The notes under the pieces: model-generated
Told to the model about the DNA's origin: nothing
Seen by the model: only the letters and a program-made list of their open reading frames with translations
Databases searched by the model: none
Shown here: piece by piece, positions 29,336-37,738 of the stretch
How the letters are laid out: the number at the start of each line of letters is the position of its first letter
How positions within the stretch are numbered: the first letter of the stretch is position 1
NCBI RefSeq assembly: GCF_036508315.1
Contig: NZ_DATCHP010000025.1
Location: 95,427 to 159,426 of the forward strand
DNA: 64,000 bases
Direction of reading: 5' to 3'
From: Acetobacterium sp.
Lineage (GTDB): Bacteria; Bacillota; Clostridia; Eubacteriales; Eubacteriaceae
Program-made: the position numbers and the translations under genes

Positions 29336-30007
29336 TTATATTGTAAGTATTGAAAGAAAATATCCCATTAAACCAGTAGCCATCAGAATACCGATTATCA
29401 CAAGAAACACCCCTGAAATAAAATTGATGATGCGATAATTCCGTTTTATAAAATTGAATGTTGAGGTTAAACGTTCAATTAATAGTGCACTTATGATAAA
29501 TGGAAGACCCAGGCCAAAGGAGAATGAAAAAAGCATTAATATTCCTTTTAAAGCATCACCACCGGAAACTGCTAACATAAGCGCTGATCCTAAAAATGCA
29601 CTTACACAGGGAGTCCAACCAATAGAAAACACGATTCCAAATATAAGGGATGATAAGAAGCCAACTTTAAAATGTTCCTGTTTAAAATGGTGGTTCATCT
29701 TTAGAAAAGGAAGATGCAATACCCCCATAAAATTTAAACCAAAAAGTATGACAATAATTCCGGTAATTAAATGTAAACTGTTTTTATATTGGATTAATAC
29801 ACTCCCGATACCACCTGCAAACGCACCCAATAAAACAAAAATAAGTGTAAAACCGAGTACAAAGCCGAGCGCATTTGTACTCGCATTCGACTTATTTTCC
29901 TTGTTGGTTTGTCCCGCAAAATATAAGATATAAACAGGTAGCATGGGCAGTAAGCAAGGAGAAATAAAGGTGATAATACCTTCAAGAAACGATATGAAAT
30001 AGTCCAT
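29336..30007 (-). CDS. ccdA: Cytochrome c biogenesis-type thiol:disulfide transporter CcdA (DsbD core)
   Basis: 223 aa, six TM segments, with SPCLLPMLP and WTPCV motifs. Confidence 0.85.
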   Translation of the reverse strand: MDYFISFLEGIITFISPCLLPMLPVYILYFAGQTNKENKSNASTNALGFVLGFTLIFVLLGAFAGGIGSVLIQYKNSLHLITGIIVILFGLNFMGVLHLPFLKMNHHFKQEHFKVGFLSSLIFGIVFSIGWTPCVSAFLGSALMLAVSGGDALKGILMLFSFSFGLGLPFIISALLIERLTSTFNFIKRNYRIINFISGVFLVIIGILMATGLMGYFLSILTI

Positions 30008-30019
30008 TTGAATATCCTT

Positions 30020-30133
30020 TTAATAACCTAAACGAAAGCAGTTATCACAATAGCCATATTTGGCCGCTTTGACTTTTGCCAAATTTCTCTTTATTTCAAT
30101 AACAATCCCAAATTCTTCCAGTTTCATATTCAT
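30020..30133 (-). CDS. 37-aa ORF upstream of ccdA, RseC-like N-terminal pattern (low confidence)
   Basis: Hand translation: MNMKLEEFGIVIEIKRNLAKVKAAKYGYCDNCFRLGY. AAGGTGG lies upstream. It stops 12 nt before the ccdA ATG. Confidence 0.25.
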   Translation of the reverse strand: MNMKLEEFGIVIEIKRNLAKVKAAKYGYCDNCFRLGY

Positions 30134-30222
30134 TTCCACCTTTGAAAAATATCAATCATAACTGATTGATATACCGATTACTATTTCACATCCATAATGG
30201 TCACGTGTTATATGAGCGAATA

Positions 30223-30441
30223 TTATTGGATCTGACCTAATAGATCGTATCCTTCTTCTTCGATTACAGCCTTAAAGGTCCCAAATGTTAACTTACCAGA
30301 ATCATATTCGATTTAAACCGTTTTTCTGGGAAGATCAACCGTTACACTTTCAACACCATCCAGTTCGCCAACTGCATTTTTCACAGCTTTTTCACAGTGA
30401 GCACACGACATTCCTTCTACATTTAGAATTATTTTTTTCGT
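30223..30441 (-). pseudogene. copZ-like HMA copper chaperone pseudogene (no start codon, in-frame TAA)
   Basis: The reverse strand reads ..TKKIILNVEGMSCAHCEKAVKNAVGELDGVESVTVDLPRKTV*IEYDSGKLTFGTFKAVIEEEGYDL. No ATG/GTG/TTG is present where the intact paralog (35912-36127) starts. Confidence 0.75.
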
Positions 30442-30469
30442 TTTTTCTCCTCTAATAATTTAAAATTAT

Positions 30470-30915
30470 TTATTTAAGGCTTAAAACTTTTAATCTGAGT
30501 GCGTTGGTGAGAACCGATACAGTATTCAGTGACATGGCAGCAGCCGCAAAAATCGGATTTAACAATGGACCGCCAAAAAGATAAAGGAGTCCGGCCGCGA
30601 TGGGAATCCCGGCAACGTTATAACCAAATGCCCAGACAAGATTTAGTTTAATATTACGAATGGTGCTTTTACTGAGTTTTATTGCCGTTGGAACATCCAT
30701 AAGATCACTTCTCATCAGTACAATGTCCGCTGATTCCATGGCGACATCTGAACCCTTTTCAGCTGAAGCCGCATTTTGGAGCAGCCAATTTTCTTCAATC
30801 CCAGAAATTGTGATAATATCCGTTACTTCTGGCTTGACTTCGGTAATAGTACCTGTTTTATCAAAAACGATAGTGTTGATTTTATGGGTGGTTTCTAAAG
30901 CTTCTCCCCCTTTAG
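30470..30915 (-). pseudogene. CopA-type P1B ATPase pseudogene (5' truncation plus a large internal deletion)
   Basis: One frame reads [54 protein letters not shown] and is joined directly to [15 protein letters not shown]...(last two TM segments). The N-domain, hinge and all upstream TM and HMA parts are missing. Confidence 0.8.
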
Positions 30916-31000
30916 TGTCTTGTTTGAATTTGCATTTTTTTTAGATTTTTTATTGATTTATTGGAGCTGAACCTGTATTGATGAAATATTCATTGATATT

Positions 31001-31503
31001 TTATTGGTTTATATCGTCGACAACGGTAATCGTGCTTCCCACCATTCCCATCCAGCAGGAATAGACAATTTTACCTGACGCAGTCGGTGTGAATTCAACT
31101 ACATTTTCTCCGACATTGAATTTTTGTTCCACGCCATAGCTTTTAATGAGCATTTTATTATTGCACCTACTCAGGTCACCATCATTTGCAGTAATTGTCC
31201 ATTTAACGGGTATGCCCGTTTGTACGACAATTGGAGCATAACCACGATTGAAAGTTGTCGCCACTGTTTGAACACCATCGCTCACTGTCGCCTTTGCCGC
31301 GCCATTTGAACTGGCAGCGAAACTGCTGGTGCTCTGCTGCGTTTTTGTATTTTGAGCATTACTGCTTGACTGGGTTTGTGACGGTTTCGAATTAACTGCA
31401 CTCCCCCCGATGTCCCAAAAATTCTGCTGCAACTGGAAAATACCACGATCCCGATGACGATTATTGCTAAAACGCTTCCTACTAAATAAAATGATTTTTT
31501 CAT
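31001..31503 (-). pseudogene. Membrane-anchored cupredoxin-like protein, frameshifted
   Basis: The TM anchor MKKSFYLVGSVLAIIVIGIVVFSS (frame of 31282-31503) and the C-terminal domain ..GIPVKWTITANDGDLSRCNN..VEFTPTASGKIVYSCWMGMVGSTITVVD (frame of 31001-31519) are in different frames. The switch is near 31430-31450. Confidence 0.65.
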
Positions 31504-31546
31504 TACTGGCCGTCATCATTTTACTGGTGATCTATTTGCTGAGTAA

Positions 31547-31834
31547 TCAACTAAGTGCTCCCAAGCCAAACATGAGTGGCACCGTTCCCAAACTAAATAC
31601 CAGCATTGCTCCCGCACGCTTCACATGATAATCCATCTTCTCAATGGTTTCAACAATGGTTGACAGCTTTACACGGTTCGCATCATATATAAAAATGACC
31701 TGTGAACGTGTATAACTTGCAGTGACACTGATTACACCATTAAGCTTCTTTAGTTTGTTCTCAATTCGATTTTCACAGTTAACACATGTCATCCCGCTAA
31801 CTGAAAATGTCTTTGTTATTGGTTTTTCTTCCAT
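31547..31834 (-). pseudogene. HMA domain fused to only the last TM segment of a TauE/SafE-like permease (internal deletion)
   Basis: MEEKPITKTFSVSGMTCVNCENRIENKL.. (HMA, GMTCxxC) is followed directly by GAMLVFSLGTVPLMFGLGALS and a stop. The expected ~250-aa membrane domain is absent. That architecture expectation is from memory. Confidence 0.5.
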
Positions 31835-32006
31835 TGGTCATTCTCCTTGTCACTTCTTGTCTAAGAGTATAATAGCAGCAACTTTTGTAGAACTTATGGA
31901 GATGAAAACCATTGAAAATAATCTTCAAAAAATAAATCAACGCATCAATTATTCTAATACGTTAACTTTATTTCTAATGATGATTGTTTCTATTGATACC
32001 CTATTA

Positions 32007-33272
32007 CTAATTAATATTCTTGATTGTACTTTCAATTTTCATGAACACATCAACCAACATATTGTCAAATTGAGTACCGCTGTTTTTTTGTATCTCTGCA
32101 ACTGCTGCATCATGGCTAAATCGCTTTCGATATGGCCGGTCCGTCGTCATCGCATCATAGGTATCTGCAATCGCAATGATCCGGGAACCCAGTGGAATTT
32201 CCTCACCTTTGATCCCACATGGATAACCATTGCCTGAAAATCTTTCGTGATGATGTCGAATAATCGGTAACGCTTCAGCAAGAAAACCAACATTACTGAG
32301 AATGTTTATCCCGATATCTGGATGCTTTTTAATTACCTCATATTCTTCATCCGTCAGTTTACCATTCTTATTCAAAATATGATCGGGTATTCCTATTTTT
32401 CCGATGTCATGGAAGAGCCCGGCATATTCAAGAATTTTCAGATTTTCTGCTGTCATATTAAGCTCTCTGCTTAAAAGCATCGAGATTTTTGATACTCTTT
32501 CAGAATGACCAGCGGTATCCGGATCTCTTGCATCAACAGCATTGGACAAAGCAAATACTGTGTTTAGATAGGCATCATCCAGCTTTTTTAGAGATAATTC
32601 TATTTCAGACTTTTGATTAATAAGTTCCTTATTTTGATTCAGAAGCGTTTGTGATGTTTTATAAAGTATGCCAACCAGCAATAAAAAAAGAATAATAAAT
32701 CCACCAAAGACTGTTAATGCTATCACTTGTACGATCATATTCGCATGTTCACTGATATTTTTTTCAAGGATTTGTAAAACAGCGACGCCCTCAATTTTAC
32801 CGTCATATAGTATGGGTTCATAAACGTTTATGACAAGCTTACCTGTATTCTCTTCTTCAACATTATTGAGCCGATAAGCATCCGAAACGACGAAGGGTAC
32901 CTCACTCTTTAATATTTTTTCAAGATCTTTATTGTTCAGCTGTTCCCTTGTAAAATCAGAATTATCTGACATGATCTCTGTCTTCTCCTGATTGATGAGT
33001 ATGATTGATTGAATGTCATATAAATCCATGGTTTCAATGATATTTGACTTAATTTGAGATGCCTTATCATTGGATATATTATCAGTAAAGTCTGATTTTT
33101 CCAGATTGTTTTTAATCACTGTATTGATTGTAACTTTAGCCACTTCTTCTAAATTTCCCAGTTTATCATTTTTAATATGTTGATATATAGCCAGGGAAAG
33201 TACAATCCCAATCAAGACAAATGCGAACATACTGTATAAGGCAAAAATCTTTATTAATGGATATCTTTTCAT
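32007..33272 (-). CDS. Membrane sensor HD-GYP domain protein (c-di-GMP phosphodiesterase type)
   Basis: 421 aa: TM, extracytoplasmic region, TM, coiled coil, then HD-GYP (LFHDIGKIGIP, HHERFSGNGYP). Confidence 0.85.
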   Translation of the reverse strand: MKRYPLIKIFALYSMFAFVLIGIVLSLAIYQHIKNDKLGNLEEVAKVTINTVIKNNLEKSDFTDNISNDKASQIKSNIIETMDLYDIQSIILINQEKTEIMSDNSDFTREQLNNKDLEKILKSEVPFVVSDAYRLNNVEEENTGKLVINVYEPILYDGKIEGVAVLQILEKNISEHANMIVQVIALTVFGGFIILFLLLVGILYKTSQTLLNQNKELINQKSEIELSLKKLDDAYLNTVFALSNAVDARDPDTAGHSERVSKISMLLSRELNMTAENLKILEYAGLFHDIGKIGIPDHILNKNGKLTDEEYEVIKKHPDIGINILSNVGFLAEALPIIRHHHERFSGNGYPCGIKGEEIPLGSRIIAIADTYDAMTTDRPYRKRFSHDAAVAEIQKNSGTQFDNMLVDVFMKIESTIKNIN

Positions 33273-33547
33273 AAATACTACCTTTCAGAAATACTTTTTC
33301 AATCATATCATTGCTATCTGTTATGATCGAATTGTCATTATATCTATCTTATCGGCTAAATCAAGATGAAAATTATCTTTTTTATCTTATTATGAAATTC
33401 TGATCCTCTCAATCACTACCAAATAGGTATTCCATTGGTGACAGAATTCGAAAAAATTATACCAAAATAAAAAAGAAATTCTAAATCTCCATAAATTCTC
33501 CACAACCATCACGTATAATTCAATCACAGATAAAATACATTTAGGAG

Positions 33548-33844
33548 ATGATTATTGTGAATTGCAGTAAAAACGATGATAAAAAGGATAACTTGAAAAA
33601 AAATAAAAAGAGTCATATGTCGCACATGACGATGATGGCCATATGTTGTGGCGCACCAATCTTAATATTAGTCATTATAACTTTGCTCGGATACCAAGGC
33701 GCTTTGTTTACAATTTTTCCTTTCATCTGCCCGATTATGATGGTACTAATGATGCCTATGATGTTAAAGGGTGGAGATAAAGGTAAACCGGAACCAACAG
33801 AGCTAACAGAAGAAAAATCTTCAAATCAAAACCTTCTGTCTTAA
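33548..33844 (+). CDS. Met/Cys-rich small membrane protein, DUF2933-like
   Basis: 98 aa with HMSHMTMMAICCGAP, FICPIMMVLMMPMML. The start may be the GTG at 33557, which has better spacing from GGAG. Confidence 0.5.
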   Translation: MIIVNCSKNDDKKDNLKKNKKSHMSHMTMMAICCGAPILILVIITLLGYQGALFTIFPFICPIMMVLMMPMMLKGGDKGKPEPTELTEEKSSNQNLLS

Positions 33845-34042
33845 CAATTTTTCTTTCTGTTCTTCAGCCGATAGACACATACGTCCCTTTTGCATGTGTC
33901 TATTTTTTGTTATTATCAAATTTTCTAAGATATATTATTCAAATTTTTAATACTATTTTTAAAAAATAATGGATTTCTACATAATTTCTCTACAAGTCTA
34001 TTATACGATAGATAACAACAAATACTTACAGAGGAGAACTAA

Positions 34043-34222
34043 ATGGGAACAATCGTGTTAATTTTAATATTTATCGGACTCATGTTTGTAATGTCTAAAT
34101 TCGGTGTTGGATGTTGTGGTGCCCATTTTGGTCATAACCATCATAGTAGCACAAAAAATATTGAAGGTTCTGGAAAAGAACAAATTTCTAAGCATGATTT
34201 TGAAGAATTTTTTAAACTTTGA
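34043..34222 (+). CDS. 59-aa membrane peptide with a GCCGAHFGHNHH metal-ligand-like motif
   Basis: Not in the ORF track (59 aa, shorter than any ORF listed there). Hand translation: MGTIVLILIFIGLMFVMSKFGVGCCGAHFGHNHHSSTKNIEGSGKEQISKHDFEEFFKL. RBS cagAGGAGaactaa-ATG. Confidence 0.5.
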   Translation: MGTIVLILIFIGLMFVMSKFGVGCCGAHFGHNHHSSTKNIEGSGKEQISKHDFEEFFKL

Positions 34223-34289
34223 ATGATATTCATTTAATACTATTCTGTCATTTAGCGGTAATTTGAATGTCTGTTTAAAAGACACAAAA

Positions 34290-34378
34290 AAAGGGTAGTG
34301 CCGATACTGCCCTTTTTTTCGATTATACTCTTCTTCATCGATTTCACCACGAGCATATCGCTCATGCAAAATTTTCAA
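34290..34378 (-). pseudogene. SHOCT-domain gene remnant
   Basis: It encodes ..KILHERYARGEIDEEEYNRKKG and is nearly identical at the DNA level to 36770-36840 (..ILNERYARGEIDEEEYNRKKAELRKL). There is no upstream membrane part. Confidence 0.55.
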
Positions 34379-34770
34379 AACATTATTCCCTTTTCACAAA
34401 CAAAAAAACGACTTTTAAGCCGGTTTTCAATATTCGTACTGGAGCTAACGGGGGGAATCAAACCTCGTCCGGCTAATTATAAATCAGACATTTTTCCTAT
34501 ATCTAAATCCTTCTTGATGTTGTTGGGTCTTTATTAAAACAGTTTCTATTATTTTTCAACTGCATAATATTAAATATTAATCTTCCTTTTCTATCTCCAT
34601 ATTTATTATTACCATCCCATAATAGTGTAATTTAATTTATTATCTTCGGTAAAAAGAGATCTTTTTTATTAAATACCAGATAATTTCGATAAAAATCTAA
34701 CTTATGGTTAATAATTTCTGTATAGAATAATGACGACCAAGTCCCAAACGCAACGCAGTTGTTATCAATA

Positions 34771-35082
34771 CTAATCCCGCTTTTTCAGGCTGATCCCCTC
34801 AACCAGAATCGTTGCTCCAATTAGATTTTTTTTGAATGTGAAATGTAGCATTGACGCTGTTACCTTGGTTTTTTTGCTAATGTATAATGTAACAGCATTC
34901 TGTTGATAAATATCAAATAAATCCGGGTGATCCGGCTTTGCAAGGGTAACCTCAGAAATTTCGAAAGTTGGGCAACATCCACCACCAGTGGTACTGATAT
35001 TGAGTGTTAAAACGCTTTTTCTTTTTTTATTCATGTAATCAAGAACTTTTTGGTCAATTTTGATTGTAAATGATTTATTCAT
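34771..35082 (-). CDS. CC/Se-motif family protein (Cys-Cys version)
   Basis: 103 aa with the central motif TTGGGCCPTFE. The family name is recalled from memory, so confidence is moderate. Confidence 0.5.
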   Translation of the reverse strand: MNKSFTIKIDQKVLDYMNKKRKSVLTLNISTTGGGCCPTFEISEVTLAKPDHPDLFDIYQQNAVTLYISKKTKVTASMLHFTFKKNLIGATILVEGISLKKRD

Positions 35083-35252
35083 ATCTTCATCTCCTATTCA
35101 CTTTGGGTATTTCACTGCTTCATTTAGCTAACTTTTACGAAAGATAGCAAATCTGTTATTATAACAAACCGTTTATCCGCGAATGCTACATAGTCTACCT
35201 TCTGGAGGAATGATGAATTCATTCCCCCAGAAACCCCCATAACCTCTTGATT

Positions 35253-35865
35253 TCATGCTATTTCGGCAGGGTTACAATAGAACAACTTACCTTCGTTTAA
35301 ATGGCTTTCTACCTCAAACGACCCCTCATGCGCTGTTACAATAGACTTAACAATGGCAAAACCAATACCCGATCCCCCGGTTTTACGGTTACGTGATTTA
35401 TCTGCACGATAAAAGCGCTCAAAAACAAAGGGAAGCTCTTCCTCTGGAATACCGATGCCACTATCTTTAATGCCTAACCTTATAATCGCCATCTGATATC
35501 TGTTTAGTAACACTGACGGTTTCTAATATAAGTCGGCTGAGTCGTTTGGCCAAAAAAGCGCCAATCACAACCGAAAAAGCAAGAGAAAAGATACCAATTC
35601 CGAGAAAGATCATGTTGAGTGCATTTAAAAACTGAAAATCATTCTCACTGAGAAAATAAGGCCCAAAATAGCTGATGTTTACCGTACCGATAGTTTTGTT
35701 ATCTTTTGTGATATCAATGGTTTTAGAAGTAAACTTACCTACTCCGTTCGGATATTTCATCATCATTCTTTGAAAGATATCGTTCATCATCTGGGAACAC
35801 AAAACTGTATCACGTGCTTCAGCATCCCATATGCTTCGATTTTCCATATCATCAACGACAAGCAC
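35253..35865 (-). pseudogene. Two-component system scar: response-regulator start fused to a sensor-kinase periplasmic/HAMP part, then frameshifted onto the HATPase G1-G2 region
   Basis: ORF 35467-35865 begins (R)KKVLVVDDMEN, which is receiver-like. It runs straight into a sensor domain, a TM segment and a HAMP start (ISDGDYKVR). ORF 35253-35513, in another frame, carries only IKDSGIGIPEEELPFVFERFYRADKSR..GGSGIGFAIVKSIV. The H-box and N-box are absent. Confidence 0.7.
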
Positions 35866-35911
35866 TTTTTTACGTTATTGTTCAACTTTTAAGTGCCCCA
35901 TATATCATCTG

Positions 35912-36127
35912 CTAAACTACTTTAAAATCCTCTTCTTCAATTGCGAGTTTAAACTTGTCAGGAGATACCTTGTCAGGATCATACTCAATTACAACCGTTT
36001 TTCCAGTCAAATCAACATTGACACTTGCTACGCCATCCAGCTCACCAACAGCATTTTTCACTGCCTTTTCACAGTGAGAACAAGACATACCTTCAACATT
36101 CAGTGTTATTTTTTCCATTTCTTTCAC
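35912..36127 (-). CDS. copZ: Copper chaperone CopZ (HMA domain)
   Basis: 71 aa with LNVEGMSCSHCEKAVKNAV. RBS gagAGGTGaaagaa-ATG. Confidence 0.85.
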   Translation of the reverse strand: MKEMEKITLNVEGMSCSHCEKAVKNAVGELDGVASVNVDLTGKTVVIEYDPDKVSPDKFKLAIEEEDFKVV

Positions 36128-36749
36128 CTCTCAAAATTTATTTATAGGGTTTAAACGCTTTTAAACTAAGTGCATTGAGCAGGATACTATCGATATCTGC
36201 CTGTCAATTCCTGTCATTGGTTATGATAACAGTTAGTTTTGTAGAACTTATGGAGATATAGAACATCTTCTAGCTCCTCTATTTTCATTTTTAGAACATT
36301 GAAACGTTTTCATAATACTATTTTAGTACTTTTGCAATGAAACAACTTCTTAGATAATCTTAGATCTGATCTTAATGGCAACCTTGTTACGTAAAACCAG
36401 GACATCGAAGCTGTCAGGATATTTGCAGCTTTCTCAATTTACTCATAATATTTATTCAGATGTTACAACTGTTTATGTGATATATTTGGAGCTCATAACC
36501 GTAACTCAGTTATTTTTGCCCTTTGATTGGAAAATCCCTGGTTACATAGAAAGGGCAGTGCTTTTAAGCACTGCCTGAGGTTGGAGAAAAGATGTTAAAA
36601 AATATCAGTAAATCTATTTCATGTCAATTATTTTATCCGGTTGTTTGCCTCTTGGCATACAACCGGATAAACAATTGTCTAAGAAATTCGAGTTTGTTAA
36701 CAGTCTGTGAGGCAGCCTTTTGAGACATTGCCTTGATTACATCTGTTGC

Positions 36750-36992
36750 CTAAAGCTTTCTCAGCTCAGCTTTTTTTCTATTATACTCTTCTTCATCAAT
36801 TTCACCACGGGCATATCGCTCATTCAGAATTGCGAAAGCATTGTCAATTGAACGTGATCCGTCTTTAGCGTTTGTGCTCGTAAAGTGATGAATAATGAAA
36901 TAAACAGCAATGATAACCAACACTAATAATAAAAACAGGCCGAACATCATAACACCGCCGAATCCGCCACCATATCCTATTCCATACATCAT
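36750..36992 (-). CDS. Small membrane protein with a C-terminal SHOCT domain
   Basis: The likely start is the ATG at 36992 after AAGGAGGAattcatt. It has a Gly-rich N-terminus, one TM segment, then ILNERYARGEIDEEEYNRKKAELRKL. Confidence 0.65.
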   Translation of the reverse strand: MMYGIGYGGGFGGVMMFGLFLLLVLVIIAVYFIIHHFTSTNAKDGSRSIDNAFAILNERYARGEIDEEEYNRKKAELRKL

Positions 36993-37060
36993 AATGAATT
37001 CCTCCTTTATTTTTATATCATATTCCAAAATAATCCATTATCTCTAAAGATAACTTTGTT

Positions 37061-37738
37061 TCAAGATCTGATGTTTTTTGTCATTCTGTCAAATTCTTCC
37101 TTTGTAATTTCCCCATTGGCAACCCTTCTGGCCAATATTTCAGAGGTCGTGTCCTGGACTGCTGTTTTCTTTTTTGATCTGAGAACTGCAAAAACGATTA
37201 ATGCAATAATAGCGATTAACAACAGGAGAACAAAACCAGTCATAATACCGCCATATGCCAGATAACTAAATATACCTGATATACTCCATCTTGAATCGGT
37301 GCCTGAATTATTGCGGTTTATATTATCATCATTCCACCCACGAGCAGGGTTTGAATTATTATACATCATGCCTCCGCTCATGATATTCATCATGCCGTTC
37401 GGATAATCCGAGAGATAGTTGAGCCCAACATTAATATGAAAGGTTTTAAGCGATTCTGACCCATCCCCACCCAGTCTGTTATCCATTTGGTCGTGCATGG
37501 CTGTATTGCCAATCATTGCCTCCATCACAGAGTCACCCAATTCTTCAAGCTTTGCCTGGCTGACTTTGCTTACATCAATCTGATCTGAACTACTGATTCC
37601 CTGTTCTGCTCTGATTTCTGCTAATATGGTATCCACACTTTTTAGTTGCATTTCGTCTGCAAGGGAAACTCCGGCAAGAACAAAGCTGGTAAATATTGAT
37701 AAGATTAGAATTAAAATAATTTTCTTCATCTTTCTCAT
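37061..37738 (-). CDS. Secreted/membrane protein with a Met-rich ectodomain, a TM segment and a C-terminal SHOCT domain
   Basis: The likely start is M20 at 37738, after aaAGGAAGtg. It has a signal peptide ending in SLA, a Met-rich region (MMNIMSGGMMYNN), a TM segment, and ILARRVANGEITKEEFDRMTKNI. Confidence 0.6.
   Translation of the reverse strand: MRKMKKIILILILSIFTSFVLAGVSLADEMQLKSVDTILAEIRAEQGISSSDQIDVSKVSQAKLEELGDSVMEAMIGNTAMHDQMDNRLGGDGSESLKTFHINVGLNYLSDYPNGMMNIMSGGMMYNNSNPARGWNDDNINRNNSGTDSRWSISGIFSYLAYGGIMTGFVLLLLIAIIALIVFAVLRSKKKTAVQDTTSEILARRVANGEITKEEFDRMTKNIRS

Noticed and set aside
34064-34378. 104-aa minus-strand ORF
   Set aside because: It is a chimera. Only its first ~30 aa (the SHOCT-like relic) look genuine. 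The rest is antisense to the better-supported 59-aa plus-strand ORF (34043-34222) and has no RBS.
34400-34480. Functional tRNA gene
   Set aside because: Only a T-arm/acceptor-like 3' part ending in CCA is visible. The T-stem pairs poorly, the T-loop has TTTGATT instead of TTCGAxT, and no 5' acceptor strand or anticodon arm of correct geometry was found. It is reported only as a possible att-type scar.
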